A stretch of 64,000 nucleotides of DNA from an uncultured Melioribacter sp. (GTDB taxonomy: Bacteria; Bacteroidota; Ignavibacteria; Kapaibacteriales; Kapaibacteriaceae), in NCBI GenBank assembly GCA_964465685.1, contig CAYXKK010000002.1, positions 106,852-170,851 of the forward strand, written 5' to 3'. The notes under the pieces were generated by a model. The model was not told where the DNA came from and made no database searches. It was given only the letters and a program-made list of their open reading frames with translations. Below, in pieces: positions 17,858-28,039 of the stretch (positions are counted from its first letter, which is position 1; each line of letters starts with the position of its first letter). The position numbers were made by a program, and so were the translations under genes.

Positions 17858-20800
17858 TTATCGAGGCGTTGTTGTCCGCATCGGGAAACGCTGCAAATCA
17901 AACATGCGGGGCGACCTTCCATTGACGGTCACGATCAGGAGATCCTCCTGACCGGGAACAGGAACGACGGCCATTCGACGGGAGTCGTGCGGCGCTGAAA
18001 ATCCCGACTGCCATGGCTCGATTGGCGTTAACAACCCACGACGGTCATTACGGAGCACAAGCCCCATGCCCGCATCATATCCGATAATGTCACCGTCCTG
18101 GGTCTTGGCATTCCCGGCAAGAACGAGGTCAGTATCGCCATCGCCATCAAGATCGCGCGCGAGGATGGCATGCGTCGGTGCAATCTGCGCCATGTCCGGA
18201 AGTGGCTGCGCTGTATAGCGACCTCCGTTGTTCACGAAGAGTGTCGATGCAAAGGTGCGTGCCGTAAGCACCTGAACGGTGTCTTTGACAGCAGGTGCAA
18301 TCACATCGTCGACATCAGCATTGGCGAACTGCGAGAAGGTGTTGTACTTGCGTGCGAGCGTCGGCATGTGCGCAAGAATCGTCGTGCGTCCGCGCGTCGG
18401 CACGCGCCTACCGTCGACGTCATACGTCATGATATGATCAAGCGAACCGTTCTCGTCGAAATCACTCACGTAACAAAGAAGGGGCTTACCAGGTTCAGGG
18501 ACGAACTTCGCATTGAGACCTACGTTGCCTGCCACGATATCCATGTCACCGTCGTTATCGATGTCAACTGCTGCAACTGACGACCACCAACCTTCGTGTC
18601 CGTCGAAGCCGATAGTTGATGTGACTTCTATGAAGGAACCCTTGGTGTTTTTCCACGCGCGTGGCGTCATCCACTGTCCAACAACGACGAGGTCGAGATC
18701 CTTATCGTTGTCGATGTCTGTCCACACAGCTTGCGATGTAATGCCGCATTGCGACAAGCCGGGAGCAGCCTTGTCGGTCACATCGGTAAACACACCTTTG
18801 TCGTTGCGATACAGGACAGACCTTGCAGGCGTTGGGAACCGACCCGGCACACAGCGTCCGCCGATAAAGAGATCAACGTCGCCGTCACCGTCATAGTCTG
18901 CCGCAACCACACATGAGCCGCTATGCAGGCCCCCTGACAGTCCCTTCGGAATGCGCGTAAACTTCCCCTTCCCATCGTTGCGATAGAGTCGATCTTCAAG
19001 TGCCGGATCATCAGCAGAGAACTCATTGCCTCCGGTAACGATCACCAGATCAAGATCCTTGTCTCCATCGATATCGACGAAAGCAGCATCCACATCCTCT
19101 GCATCAATGACGTCATCGATACCACACGGCCATGCAGTGAATGTTTCATCGCGCTGCTGTAGGAACGCCGCGCTCGCTTGATACTTCGAACCAGTGAAGA
19201 CAACATCCGCGTACCCGTCACCGTTGATGTCACCAACAGCTACACCCGGGCCGTCCTTTGAAAAGCGGTATGGGAGCAGTCGCTCGCGCTTAAAATCGTC
19301 ATAGGCATTCTCTTTGTGAAAGAACGGAATGCTCGCACGACGACGCTTCGACATGAACTCGTCAATCTGTGCATCCGGCTTCCATTGCTGCAACTGCAGC
19401 GGCATATCGAGCGTTGTGTAGGCGTTAAGGGGCAACGATGTGTGTGTTGACACTGTTCCTTCTGGCCATCGGACAACGCACGAGTCTACTGAAGCAATGC
19501 TGCCAAGACCGATAACGAGACGCATATCGGATGTTGAGTGGAACCCTCTCGATGCGGTCACCTCACGCGTGAATGATCGACCACCGGCGAATACGGTCAC
19601 TCGCGCACCTACTCCATAACTGTTCTTCGTTGTGCTGCGCAAGGCAATGCCAACCCAGCGGGCCGCAGCACCACGCGTCTCGACTGTACGATTGATGTAG
19701 ATCGAAGGAACAGTATCGGTGTTATTCACAACGATATCGAGATCACCATCGTTGTCGAGGTCAACCATTGCTGCGCCGTTGGAGACCTGTGGATCGACAA
19801 GACCCGACGACATTGTGACGTCTGTGAAGCTCAGCCCTGATGTGTTACGAAACAAGAAGTTCGACAGCTGACTCCGCGGCATCGAACGGTATGCATCGGA
19901 GCGCATGGGTTCAGCACCAGCGAACAAGTTGTAAGAGTAATCCTGATCACCGATATCGCGCTTTGTTCCATTGGTGATGTAGATATCAAGTTTGCCGTCG
20001 AGATCAACATCACCCATCAACACAGACCAGCTCCAGTCGGTAGCTGCGATGCCCGCCTGATAGCAGATGTTCGAGAAGCGACCATTGCCACGGTTAAGGT
20101 GCAGTGCGTTATGCACCCGTTGCACGGAGTCGAAGAATGGACCGTAGATCGACATACCACCGAGTTGCGTCTGACGGCGGAAGTTGTCGCGTGGAAGCAT
20201 GTCTACAGTGATGACATCAAGTAGTCCGTCATCATTTACATCACCGATATCGCTCCCCATTGATGCCCACGACATATTCGCCATGGCGCGCTGCGCAGAG
20301 TCGGCAAAAGTACCGTCGCCATTGTTCACGTAGTATGCGTCACGCTCCTCAAAATCGTTGGCGACAATAATGTCTGGCCAGCCATCATTATTCAGATCAC
20401 CAATGCTTGCACTAAGTCCGTAGCCCTTGTCATTGATCCCAGCAGCCTGGGTAACATCGACAAACACACCACCGCCATCGTTGCGGAAGAGCCTATCGCA
20501 CTGACCCGGATTGAGATATCCTTGGCGACGGGGCTCACCACTATTGACAACATAGACGTCAAGATCGCCGTCCCGATCGTAGTCGAGCACGGCTGCCTGG
20601 GATGAGAATCCTTGAAATGACAGTGCAGATGAGGCCGACGCATCGACGAACCGACCGTTGCCGGTATTTACAAAGAGTCGATTCGCAAGGTATCTGCGGC
20701 AGACATAGACGTCGAGCAGCCCATCGCCATTGAGGTCAGCAACGAGCACACCAGTGTTAACGCTGCCATCATCAAGTTGAATGCCACATGTTGACGACAC

Positions 20801-21082
20801 ATCGCGATACGTGAGATCGCCATTGCTAAGGTAGGTAGCCACACCATGCTGGGTTGATGTGAATACGAGATCCTGAAACCCATCACCATCAAGATCGCCA
20901 ACCCCTACACCTCCACCATTGTAGGCATAGAAGTCAGCCAGCACATTAAACGTGTCCGATTCGATGATATCGTTGCGAAACGATATGCCAGTGCGTTGTG
21001 CAGGGAACTGCTGGAACATCTGAGCCGGTAACCGCACAGACATGCAGATCATCACAACAGCCATGAAAGCTATAACGCTCAT
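17858..21082 (-). CDS. FG-GAP repeat / ASPIC-UnbV domain protein (CRTAC1 family), two tandem modules
   Basis: 1074 aa with a signal peptide and many 'DxDGDGxxD' FG-GAP calcium-binding loops in two blocks. Each block is followed by an ASPIC/UnbV-like segment (e.g. 'VVRWPEGTVSTHTSLPLNAYTTLDMP'). Confidence 0.8.
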   Translation of the reverse strand: MSVIAFMAVVMICMSVRLPAQMFQQFPAQRTGISFRNDIIESDTFNVLADFYAYNGGGVGVGDLDGDGFQDLVFTSTQHGVATYLSNGDLTYRDVSSTCGIQLDDGSVNTGVLVADLNGDGLLDVYVCRRYLANRLFVNTGNGRFVDASASSALSFQGFSSQAAVLDYDRDGDLDVYVVNSGEPRRQGYLNPGQCDRLFRNDGGGVFVDVTQAAGINDKGYGLSASIGDLNNDGWPDIIVANDFEERDAYYVNNGDGTFADSAQRAMANMSWASMGSDIGDVNDDGLLDVITVDMLPRDNFRRQTQLGGMSIYGPFFDSVQRVHNALHLNRGNGRFSNICYQAGIAATDWSWSVLMGDVDLDGKLDIYITNGTKRDIGDQDYSYNLFAGAEPMRSDAYRSMPRSQLSNFLFRNTSGLSFTDVTMSSGLVDPQVSNGAAMVDLDNDGDLDIVVNNTDTVPSIYINRTVETRGAAARWVGIALRSTTKNSYGVGARVTVFAGGRSFTREVTASRGFHSTSDMRLVIGLGSIASVDSCVVRWPEGTVSTHTSLPLNAYTTLDMPLQLQQWKPDAQIDEFMSKRRRASIPFFHKENAYDDFKRERLLPYRFSKDGPGVAVGDINGDGYADVVFTGSKYQASAAFLQQRDETFTAWPCGIDDVIDAEDVDAAFVDIDGDKDLDLVIVTGGNEFSADDPALEDRLYRNDGKGKFTRIPKGLSGGLHSGSCVVAADYDGDGDVDLFIGGRCVPGRFPTPARSVLYRNDKGVFTDVTDKAAPGLSQCGITSQAVWTDIDNDKDLDLVVVGQWMTPRAWKNTKGSFIEVTSTIGFDGHEGWWSSVAAVDIDNDGDMDIVAGNVGLNAKFVPEPGKPLLCYVSDFDENGSLDHIMTYDVDGRRVPTRGRTTILAHMPTLARKYNTFSQFANADVDDVIAPAVKDTVQVLTARTFASTLFVNNGGRYTAQPLPDMAQIAPTHAILARDLDGDGDTDLVLAGNAKTQDGDIIGYDAGMGLVLRNDRRGLLTPIEPWQSGFSAPHDSRRMAVVPVPGQEDLLIVTVNGRSPRMFDLQRFPMRTTTPR

Positions 21083-21105
21083 AGTCCGTCTCCGTGGTCA
21101 TGCAC

Positions 21106-22188
21106 TCAGAAACGCATGCGGAACATCACGACAACCCCCACCAGAGCAAAGATGAAGTTGGCACCCCAGCCAACAACATCAACGGGAACATCGATCACTG
21201 CTCCAACTGCTTGACTAATCTTTGTGAACGCAATGTAGGTAATTGCAAGAATCATTGCAGCTGCGATATTCACGGCCATTCCACCACGCCTGCGTACAGC
21301 AGCAAACGGGATCGATATCATCACTACGACGAGGTTTACGAATGGGAATGCCCACTGTCCGGCAAGGTCAATCTCCTGTCGACGAGTATCCTTACCACCT
21401 TTCCGCAAGGTCTCAATGTTCTCCGCGAGCTCGGGAAACGTCATTTCGTCGGTATTGAGTTGCAAACGGACGATCTGATCGTGCCGGACAGAAAACTCTA
21501 CGGGGAGGTTTGAGACGGACTCAACAACAACACGCTCTGAAAGTCGTGTGCGGCGAAGGCCATGCGGAATGATCCATAGCGCACGCGCATCATCCCACCG
21601 CATAGTGTCGGCATCAACGCGCCATTGTAGTCGGGGTTGCGTTGGGGTGCCGAACTCTTCAATTGACACAGCGAATGCGATACGCGCCTCGGCATCATAC
21701 CGACGCATTGCGATGTTGCGTGACGGGGTTTCGCGGAAGTGGAGATCGCTCAGCGAGCTGCGACCTTCCGTGCTGCCAAGGAACTCGCGCTCGATATCGA
21801 GACGAACCGTGGCTGCACGAGGAGCGACCCACCCATTGAAGTACATCTGTGCACCACTCGTGACGAATGCGACAACCAGAAACGGCATCAGAAACCGCAC
21901 CGGATGCTGTCCACTCGAGCGCATTGCCGTTACTTCGCTGCTCGAGCTCAGGCGTCCAACAGCGAACAAGCCGCCAAGCATGAGCGCTACTGGATCGAGC
22001 ACCTCGCAGAGATACGGCAACATCGACAGGTAATACATGCCGAGCGTCTGCATGGGAATTCGATGGTCGAGAAACTTCCCAAGGTGCTCAAGGAGATCAA
22101 TCACAATGAAGACCGCACAAAGCGCGAACAACGCGAAGAGTGTTGAACTCACAAACTGCTTGAGCACATATCGATCGAGAATACTCAT
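21106..22188 (-). CDS. LptF/LptG family LPS export permease (YjgP/YjgQ)
   Basis: 360 aa. 'MSILDRYVLKQFVSSTLFALFALCAVFIVIDLLEHLGKFLD' is the canonical LptF/G N-terminus, followed by a periplasmic beta-jellyroll region and C-terminal TM helices. Confidence 0.8.
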   Translation of the reverse strand: MSILDRYVLKQFVSSTLFALFALCAVFIVIDLLEHLGKFLDHRIPMQTLGMYYLSMLPYLCEVLDPVALMLGGLFAVGRLSSSSEVTAMRSSGQHPVRFLMPFLVVAFVTSGAQMYFNGWVAPRAATVRLDIEREFLGSTEGRSSLSDLHFRETPSRNIAMRRYDAEARIAFAVSIEEFGTPTQPRLQWRVDADTMRWDDARALWIIPHGLRRTRLSERVVVESVSNLPVEFSVRHDQIVRLQLNTDEMTFPELAENIETLRKGGKDTRRQEIDLAGQWAFPFVNLVVVMISIPFAAVRRRGGMAVNIAAAMILAITYIAFTKISQAVGAVIDVPVDVVGWGANFIFALVGVVVMFRMRF

Positions 22189-23054
22189 CTGCGACGCATC
22201 GCCTCGCGTACGGCAAGTAGCGACTGCATCCAGCTCACCACGGCACCTATAAGAGCAAGGGCTCCGGCTGCATATCCAACTTCATGCACACCAACCAATC
22301 CGATCCATGGTGCGAGATGCTGTGATGATGCATGCAGCGAAAGGATCACTGCAGCACTCAGGAGCAGACCCACGGCACCACTGAGAAGTCCAACCAGTAG
22401 GTGTGGCGCTGCGATCCACTGCATCGATGCTCCAAGTACATCCGCGACACGAAGATCTGTTCCTGCACGGTGCACCTCTGCCTTGAATGCATAGGATATC
22501 GCAACGCCGAATAGGATAAGACTTACCACGCCGGCAGCTCCTCCAAACACGACAAGCGTTCGACGCAGTTCTTCGACCATTGCAACATAGGAACGCGACC
22601 ACGTGATCGACGAGATCACACTCTTCGAGGTCACTCGTATGTCTGCAGTAATTCGTTCGACGCGATCCGTCGTGACATAGTCCGGTGCAAGACGCACGCG
22701 GACAATCGCCGGGAAGTCGGCTACCGTTCGAAGGTTCTCATCAACAATCTTCATCTCGCGCGAGAACTCTCTCCAGACCGCATCGCTCGACAGAAGACGC
22801 GCTTCAACAACGCCCTGCTTGCGCGCAAGTGCACGCGCGAGCTCACGTGTTGCTACGCCCGTTGTGTCGTTGTTGCAGGCGATGTCAATCGTCATGGACG
22901 AGGCACGCGCATCTGCTTCACGCCACGTACCAAGAGCCCACATACCACCAGCGATACACCACGTTGAAGCAACGAGTGCAACGAGCACCATGCGGAGAAC
23001 TGGACCCGTGCGCCGCGTAATTAACCGTCCAGCGGCCTGCAGATGAAACCACAT
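22185..23054 (-). CDS. FtsX-like permease (cell-division/ABC-type, 1+3 TM topology)
   Basis: 289 aa with an N-terminal TM helix, a periplasmic domain and three C-terminal TM helices. No ftsE is adjacent. It overlaps the downstream lptF/G-like gene by 4 nt. Confidence 0.65.
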   Translation of the reverse strand: MWFHLQAAGRLITRRTGPVLRMVLVALVASTWCIAGGMWALGTWREADARASSMTIDIACNNDTTGVATRELARALARKQGVVEARLLSSDAVWREFSREMKIVDENLRTVADFPAIVRVRLAPDYVTTDRVERITADIRVTSKSVISSITWSRSYVAMVEELRRTLVVFGGAAGVVSLILFGVAISYAFKAEVHRAGTDLRVADVLGASMQWIAAPHLLVGLLSGAVGLLLSAAVILSLHASSQHLAPWIGLVGVHEVGYAAGALALIGAVVSWMQSLLAVREAMRRR

Positions 23055-23056
23055 AC

Positions 23057-24388
23057 CTACCCCCTCTTTCGCAATACAACGTGACGAACATCATCAATGA
23101 CACGAGCCATCGCACGGATCGGGAAATGAATCTCACGTCGTACGTGCGCCACACTGAGCGCTCCCATCACCAGTGTGTTTGCAACCAGCGCTACACCGAC
23201 CAAGAGCGGTTGATCCAAGAGTACGACCACCATAAACGCAAGTGCTCCGGCGATAAGCCCCATTGCAGAATACTTGACGATGGCCATGCTTTGTCCCATC
23301 GCTGCAATGATAGAATTCATCAACAGAAACGGCATGCCAATTCCAGCAATGATGAGCACGTTAAAGTGCGCAATCGCATCGGCATACGTCGGACCGAGCA
23401 CGACGGTGATGATGTTGCTCAAGCCGAGCTCAAGGACAATGATGGCAATGATCGTCGGAATCAACGTAACGCTGATAGCCTTCGTGATCAGGATCTGCAT
23501 GTCCTGCATGCGTTGTTGCGCATACATACGAACAGCAGCAGGATAGAGAAGCGTGCTCACAGCATCGAATGCCTGCTCGAATACTCGGTAGAGGTTCTTC
23601 GCTGGGGTAAACGCGCCGGCAACACCGGTACCGAAGAACACACCAATTGCAAGGTTGTCAAGCTGACGTGGTGCGGAGTTTAGGGCAGTGGCCATGGCAA
23701 GGGGCACGCCATACCGCAAGTACGTTCCGAGCGATACGCCCCCTGTCCACCCAAATACAAGCTCCTTGCGCGTCAACACGACTGTCGCGAGAGAACTTGC
23801 AGCCATTCCAACGATGTCGATGGTTACAAGACTATCGAACGACGTCAACGTTCCGTTACGGACAAACCACCATGTGAGCAACGTACGCACGCCAAACCAG
23901 ATCGCATCAGCCACGAAGAGATCCTTCATCCGCATGTCACGGTAGATCAACTTCAGACAGAACATGCGCGGGATCGTCACAAGCGCATACAGCGGCAGGA
24001 TATCAGCAACGAGGCCCAGGCGATAATCACCGACCATTTCCGCAAGTGGATGTCCGGCAAGGTACACGCCAAATGTTGCGACTGAAACGATTACACCGTG
24101 GATAAGCAAGGCCATTGTATTGACACGTCGCCTCTCCTTCACCTCCACACCGAACTGTATCACACCAGCGAGCGCTGAGCCATCAGACACAATCATGATC
24201 CAGGTATTCACGGCGACGAGGATTGAGAACGCTCCGAGATCCATAAGGGCGAGCCCTGCCTTACTCGCGTCGGGCTGAAGCGCAACCAATTGGTTGACCT
24301 GCCAGAGTTGAACAAAGCCGTAGAGCACATACAGGACTTTATCGGCGAGTGACCATGTGATCTTGCCGAGGTGCGCCGTGAGTTTCAT
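23057..24388 (-). CDS. oligosaccharide flippase (MOP superfamily, Wzx/polysaccharide biosynthesis protein)
   Basis: 443-aa protein with 12-14 predicted TM helices and MOP-exporter-like organisation, located at the edge of a glycan-biosynthesis locus. Confidence 0.7.
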   Translation of the reverse strand: MKLTAHLGKITWSLADKVLYVLYGFVQLWQVNQLVALQPDASKAGLALMDLGAFSILVAVNTWIMIVSDGSALAGVIQFGVEVKERRRVNTMALLIHGVIVSVATFGVYLAGHPLAEMVGDYRLGLVADILPLYALVTIPRMFCLKLIYRDMRMKDLFVADAIWFGVRTLLTWWFVRNGTLTSFDSLVTIDIVGMAASSLATVVLTRKELVFGWTGGVSLGTYLRYGVPLAMATALNSAPRQLDNLAIGVFFGTGVAGAFTPAKNLYRVFEQAFDAVSTLLYPAAVRMYAQQRMQDMQILITKAISVTLIPTIIAIIVLELGLSNIITVVLGPTYADAIAHFNVLIIAGIGMPFLLMNSIIAAMGQSMAIVKYSAMGLIAGALAFMVVVLLDQPLLVGVALVANTLVMGALSVAHVRREIHFPIRAMARVIDDVRHVVLRKRG

Positions 24389-24418
24389 GCAGCAAAGATA
24401 GGTCGTGGACGCGCCTGC

Positions 24419-26347
24419 TCAGGCACGTCGACGAAGTGTCCACTGGAGGTTGCGAGCCCCTTGTATGACGAGACGTCGTGATGGAACACGCATGCCATAC
24501 GATGGGGCCACGTGGATATCATCCACGGAGAGACTGCCTGCATTCCACGAGAACTCACATGTTATGCCGTTGCGTTGCAACAGCACAGTGCGACCAGCAC
24601 AAGCTTCGACTACCACGTTGGGATGAAGTGGAAACCATGCACAGACATTCTCCGAGCCGCCACTGCAGTGGTCCTGCACAGCAAGAACACCATCCGTGAG
24701 CTCGATTGATCGTCGATGCTCGCGTCCGTCGGCATGGGTAACCATTGCGACCATACGTCGGGGCTCGGTTGATGTGACGTTGCAGCGAAGCAGGTCGGCG
24801 AGAAGCCAGAATAGTCCTTCCTCACCTGGAGGTGCTTCCGCCTGCTCTAGGTCCGACCACCACATCGTGGCATGCATAGATACGTGCCGCTCGATGTTTC
24901 GCACGGCGACGTCGCTGGTATACACCGAGCTGCCGGGGTCGACGATGAATGCAGCTCCGTCAACGCACACCGTCACACTGTTCTGATCTTGATGCGCGTG
25001 ACCGCCCTTGCCGAACTGTCCAACTGGTCCGTTGCGCAACGTTACATGCACGCCGGCTTCCTCGAGCACGTAGAGTCCGAACGTCGGCATCGAACCATCT
25101 GCTGCTAGCGCTGATGGAGACACATCGTACATCAACGAACAGTCTGCATGGAAGCCTATGAGCTTCATCGCGAGTCCATCATCGTTATCACCGATGAGCG
25201 GCAAACCCATCTGCTCGAGCGCGCGACAGCGTGCAACGGCAAGGTCGAGTCGACGATCATCGTCCTCACTCCAACCGCATGTCGTCCGGTATTCACCTAG
25301 CAATCCGCGAGCGTGGACGAAGATGTCTGCCACTTGCCTGTGATATCCCGTACTGGCTTCGTTCGCCATGCCATCGTCGAGGATCTGACGTTGCAGTTCA
25401 CGACGCAGCTCACACGCAGCGAAGGTGCCCCACTGTGTGGCACGCGGCTCATGTGGCAGGTATCGAGCCACAGCGAGCAGACCAAGCAGGTTTGCCGCGT
25501 AGTGCGAGGTTGAGAGTCCGCCCCTGCGTTCCCGTCGGACCCAGAGACTCTCGGCATGGTCGATGGCTAGAGCTGCAACGCGACGCTCAGCATCAGCATT
25601 CACCCACCCTGTCCGACGAGCCCAGTCAAACGCGACAAGCATTGAATAGGCGCGAATTCCCGTACCCATCGGGAACGCCCAGTGGGTGCCCTGCTCAGCG
25701 GGCCACGTCGTGGCGAATGCTGCAATCTCTAAAGCTAGTAGTTCACACCAGTCCGGCGCAGCTGCGCTCTCGACATGTGCTGCCAGTGCGTACGCGCACC
25801 AGTGATGCATGCGACTCAGCTCGTGCACAATCCGCACGTCAACACCAGCAGGGTCGGGATCGGCGATGTGCCACGAAGCGATCTGTGGCAATCCCGGACG
25901 TCCATCGCGCATAGCGCGCGCGAACGCAAGCACATCTGCACCGTGCGAGCCGATCCATGCGGTCGATGGGAATACCGCGCCATCCATCACAAGCGTCCTG
26001 TGGACGGTGTGCGACGCTGGCAAACGACGCAGTCGTGGCGCGAGCAGACGTTCACGGAGTGCGTCGACGACCTTTCTTGCGAGAAACGGACGGAGCGGAC
26101 CGCGAAGAAGACGGATGTTCCACGAGAGATTCACAGGTGCAAAGTACCGCGAGATTTCCAGATTCGCCGAAGGGGGCGTTACGAAGTGCCGTAGATTTGA
26201 GACATGTGTGGAATTGCTGGGCTTGTAGACCAACGCCTTCAACAACCTGAACTCCTTGAGCTTGGCGGTCGCATGCTCGAGGTGATGTCGCATCGCGGCC
26301 CAGATCACCGTGGTACGTGGTGCACGCCCCCTGTCTTCCTCGGACAT
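24419..26347 (-). CDS. heparinase II/III-like protein; 5' end probably shorter than the ORF
   Basis: The C-terminal Hepar_II_III signature 'GKGGHAHQDQNSVTVCVDGAAFIVDPG' is preceded by an alpha/alpha-toroid-like region. The first 144 nt of the ORF overlap the asnB start on the opposite strand, so the real start is likely an internal GTG/TTG near 26134-26200. Confidence 0.7.
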   Translation of the reverse strand: MSEEDRGRAPRTTVIWAAMRHHLEHATAKLKEFRLLKALVYKPSNSTHVSNLRHFVTPPSANLEISRYFAPVNLSWNIRLLRGPLRPFLARKVVDALRERLLAPRLRRLPASHTVHRTLVMDGAVFPSTAWIGSHGADVLAFARAMRDGRPGLPQIASWHIADPDPAGVDVRIVHELSRMHHWCAYALAAHVESAAAPDWCELLALEIAAFATTWPAEQGTHWAFPMGTGIRAYSMLVAFDWARRTGWVNADAERRVAALAIDHAESLWVRRERRGGLSTSHYAANLLGLLAVARYLPHEPRATQWGTFAACELRRELQRQILDDGMANEASTGYHRQVADIFVHARGLLGEYRTTCGWSEDDDRRLDLAVARCRALEQMGLPLIGDNDDGLAMKLIGFHADCSLMYDVSPSALAADGSMPTFGLYVLEEAGVHVTLRNGPVGQFGKGGHAHQDQNSVTVCVDGAAFIVDPGSSVYTSDVAVRNIERHVSMHATMWWSDLEQAEAPPGEEGLFWLLADLLRCNVTSTEPRRMVAMVTHADGREHRRSIELTDGVLAVQDHCSGGSENVCAWFPLHPNVVVEACAGRTVLLQRNGITCEFSWNAGSLSVDDIHVAPSYGMRVPSRRLVIQGARNLQWTLRRRA

Positions 26348-28039
26348 AATCGATTAAGCATTCTAGATCTGTCGAGTGGCTCGCATCAGCCGATGTCGGG
26401 CCATGGCCTCACGATTACATACAACGGCGAGGTGTACAACTACGTCGAACTACGTGCTGAACTCGAAGCCGAGGGATACCAGTTCCACACCACAGGCGAT
26501 ACGGAAGTTATCCTCACTGCATACCATCGTTGGGGAGCTTCGTGTGTCGAGCGCTTCATCGGCATGTGGGCGTTTGCAATTTGGAATGAAGCAACACAGG
26601 AGCTGTTCTGCTCACGCGATCGCTTTGGAATTAAACCGTTCCATTACATCCTCCGTGACGGACGCCTGCACTTTGCATCGGAGATCAAGGGGCTTCGCAC
26701 ATCACCACTCGATCGTGGTGGACTGAACGAAGCGCAATTGCTTCGTGGGTTGTACTTGGGTTGGATGCATCACTGGGATGAGACATCGTACAACGACATC
26801 AAGAGTCTCCCCGCATCACACAACCTTACGTGGTCCCGCGGCGAGGTCACGATTTGGCAGTACGCTGATGTCGCAACACAGCCGGATTCATCACGCTCGT
26901 TCGACGAAAACGTCGAGCGATTCCGTGAGCTCTTTATCGATTCGATTCGGCTTACCTCACGACGTGATGTCGACATGGGTGTGTGTTTGAGTGGTGGACT
27001 CGACTCCACATCAATTGCAAGTGTACTCGCATCGTCCACTGATGAGCACAGCGTTAAAACCTTCACCGCCTACTACACCGGCAAAGGCAACGTCGACGAA
27101 CGTCCGTACATCGACTACGTTCTGCAGCGCTACCCGCAGATTCAGCAGCAGACCATTTCACCGAGCGATGGTGACGTCAACGAAGTGTTCGATCGCATCG
27201 TTCGCTTGATGGATGCACCGATGCCATCATCGTCGTACATCTCGCAATTTTTCGTGATGCAACTCGCCGCTTCGCATGGCGTAAAGGTAGTCCTCGACGG
27301 ACAGGGGTCCGACGAGATTATGGGTGGCTACATGCACTCGCTGTATCGCAGCATCGCTGATTACCTGCGAGCAGGCAAACTCGATGATGCTGCCAAGGAG
27401 CTCAATCATCATGCAGCACGACAGAACTATGGCGTGCGTCGCAAACTTGATGTGCTTGCTAAGAGTATGCTCGCAGCAGTTCGCGATGAGCCCGCACTAT
27501 ATCGACTCGAACTAGCACGAACAGCGCCATGGATAGCCAAGACGGCTCCGGCAGCTATACCGTTACATCTCGAAATGCCATCGGGCACGCGACTCAACGC
27601 CTTCCTGTACAACCTGATGCGTGTGACGTTATTGCCAACGCTCCTGCATACCGAAGACATTAACTCGATGGCGTTCAGCATCGAATCGCGTGTGCCGTTC
27701 CTCGACCATCGCCTTGTGGATCTCTGCTTTACCATGCCAAACGAGCACAAGATCTATCGCGGAGAAACCAAACGCGTCCTGCGTGCAGCGATGCGTGGCA
27801 TTGTCCCCGACCCTGTGCTCGACCGCAAGGACAAGACCGGTTTCATTACACCAGGTCACATTGTGTGGCTGCGCGGAGCATTGTCGCATCTTCTTGAAGG
27901 CGACTGGAGTGACCTCGATTGGGCAATCGATCGCAACGCGCTTAGTCGTGTGTTGGAGGAATATCGTCGCGGCGATAACGCCAACGCGCTCTTTGTCTGG
28001 CGTCTTGCTATGCTGCGAGCATTCCTTGCTTCGCGCTAA
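26204..28039 (+). CDS. asnB: asparagine synthase (glutamine-hydrolysing) family amidotransferase
   Basis: 611-aa ORF. 'MCGIAGLVDQ' is the class-II glutamine amidotransferase nucleophile start and 'CLSGGLDSTSIASV' is the PP-loop. Its context inside a glycan locus suggests a WbpS-like sugar amidotransferase role. Confidence 0.9.
   Translation: MCGIAGLVDQRLQQPELLELGGRMLEVMSHRGPDHRGTWCTPPVFLGHNRLSILDLSSGSHQPMSGHGLTITYNGEVYNYVELRAELEAEGYQFHTTGDTEVILTAYHRWGASCVERFIGMWAFAIWNEATQELFCSRDRFGIKPFHYILRDGRLHFASEIKGLRTSPLDRGGLNEAQLLRGLYLGWMHHWDETSYNDIKSLPASHNLTWSRGEVTIWQYADVATQPDSSRSFDENVERFRELFIDSIRLTSRRDVDMGVCLSGGLDSTSIASVLASSTDEHSVKTFTAYYTGKGNVDERPYIDYVLQRYPQIQQQTISPSDGDVNEVFDRIVRLMDAPMPSSSYISQFFVMQLAASHGVKVVLDGQGSDEIMGGYMHSLYRSIADYLRAGKLDDAAKELNHHAARQNYGVRRKLDVLAKSMLAAVRDEPALYRLELARTAPWIAKTAPAAIPLHLEMPSGTRLNAFLYNLMRVTLLPTLLHTEDINSMAFSIESRVPFLDHRLVDLCFTMPNEHKIYRGETKRVLRAAMRGIVPDPVLDRKDKTGFITPGHIVWLRGALSHLLEGDWSDLDWAIDRNALSRVLEEYRRGDNANALFVWRLAMLRAFLASR

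Noticed and set aside
25231-25914. 227-aa plus-strand ORF inside the heparinase II/III-like gene
   Set aside because: It is antisense to a gene with a clear Hepar_II_III signature and has an R/P/A-rich composition.
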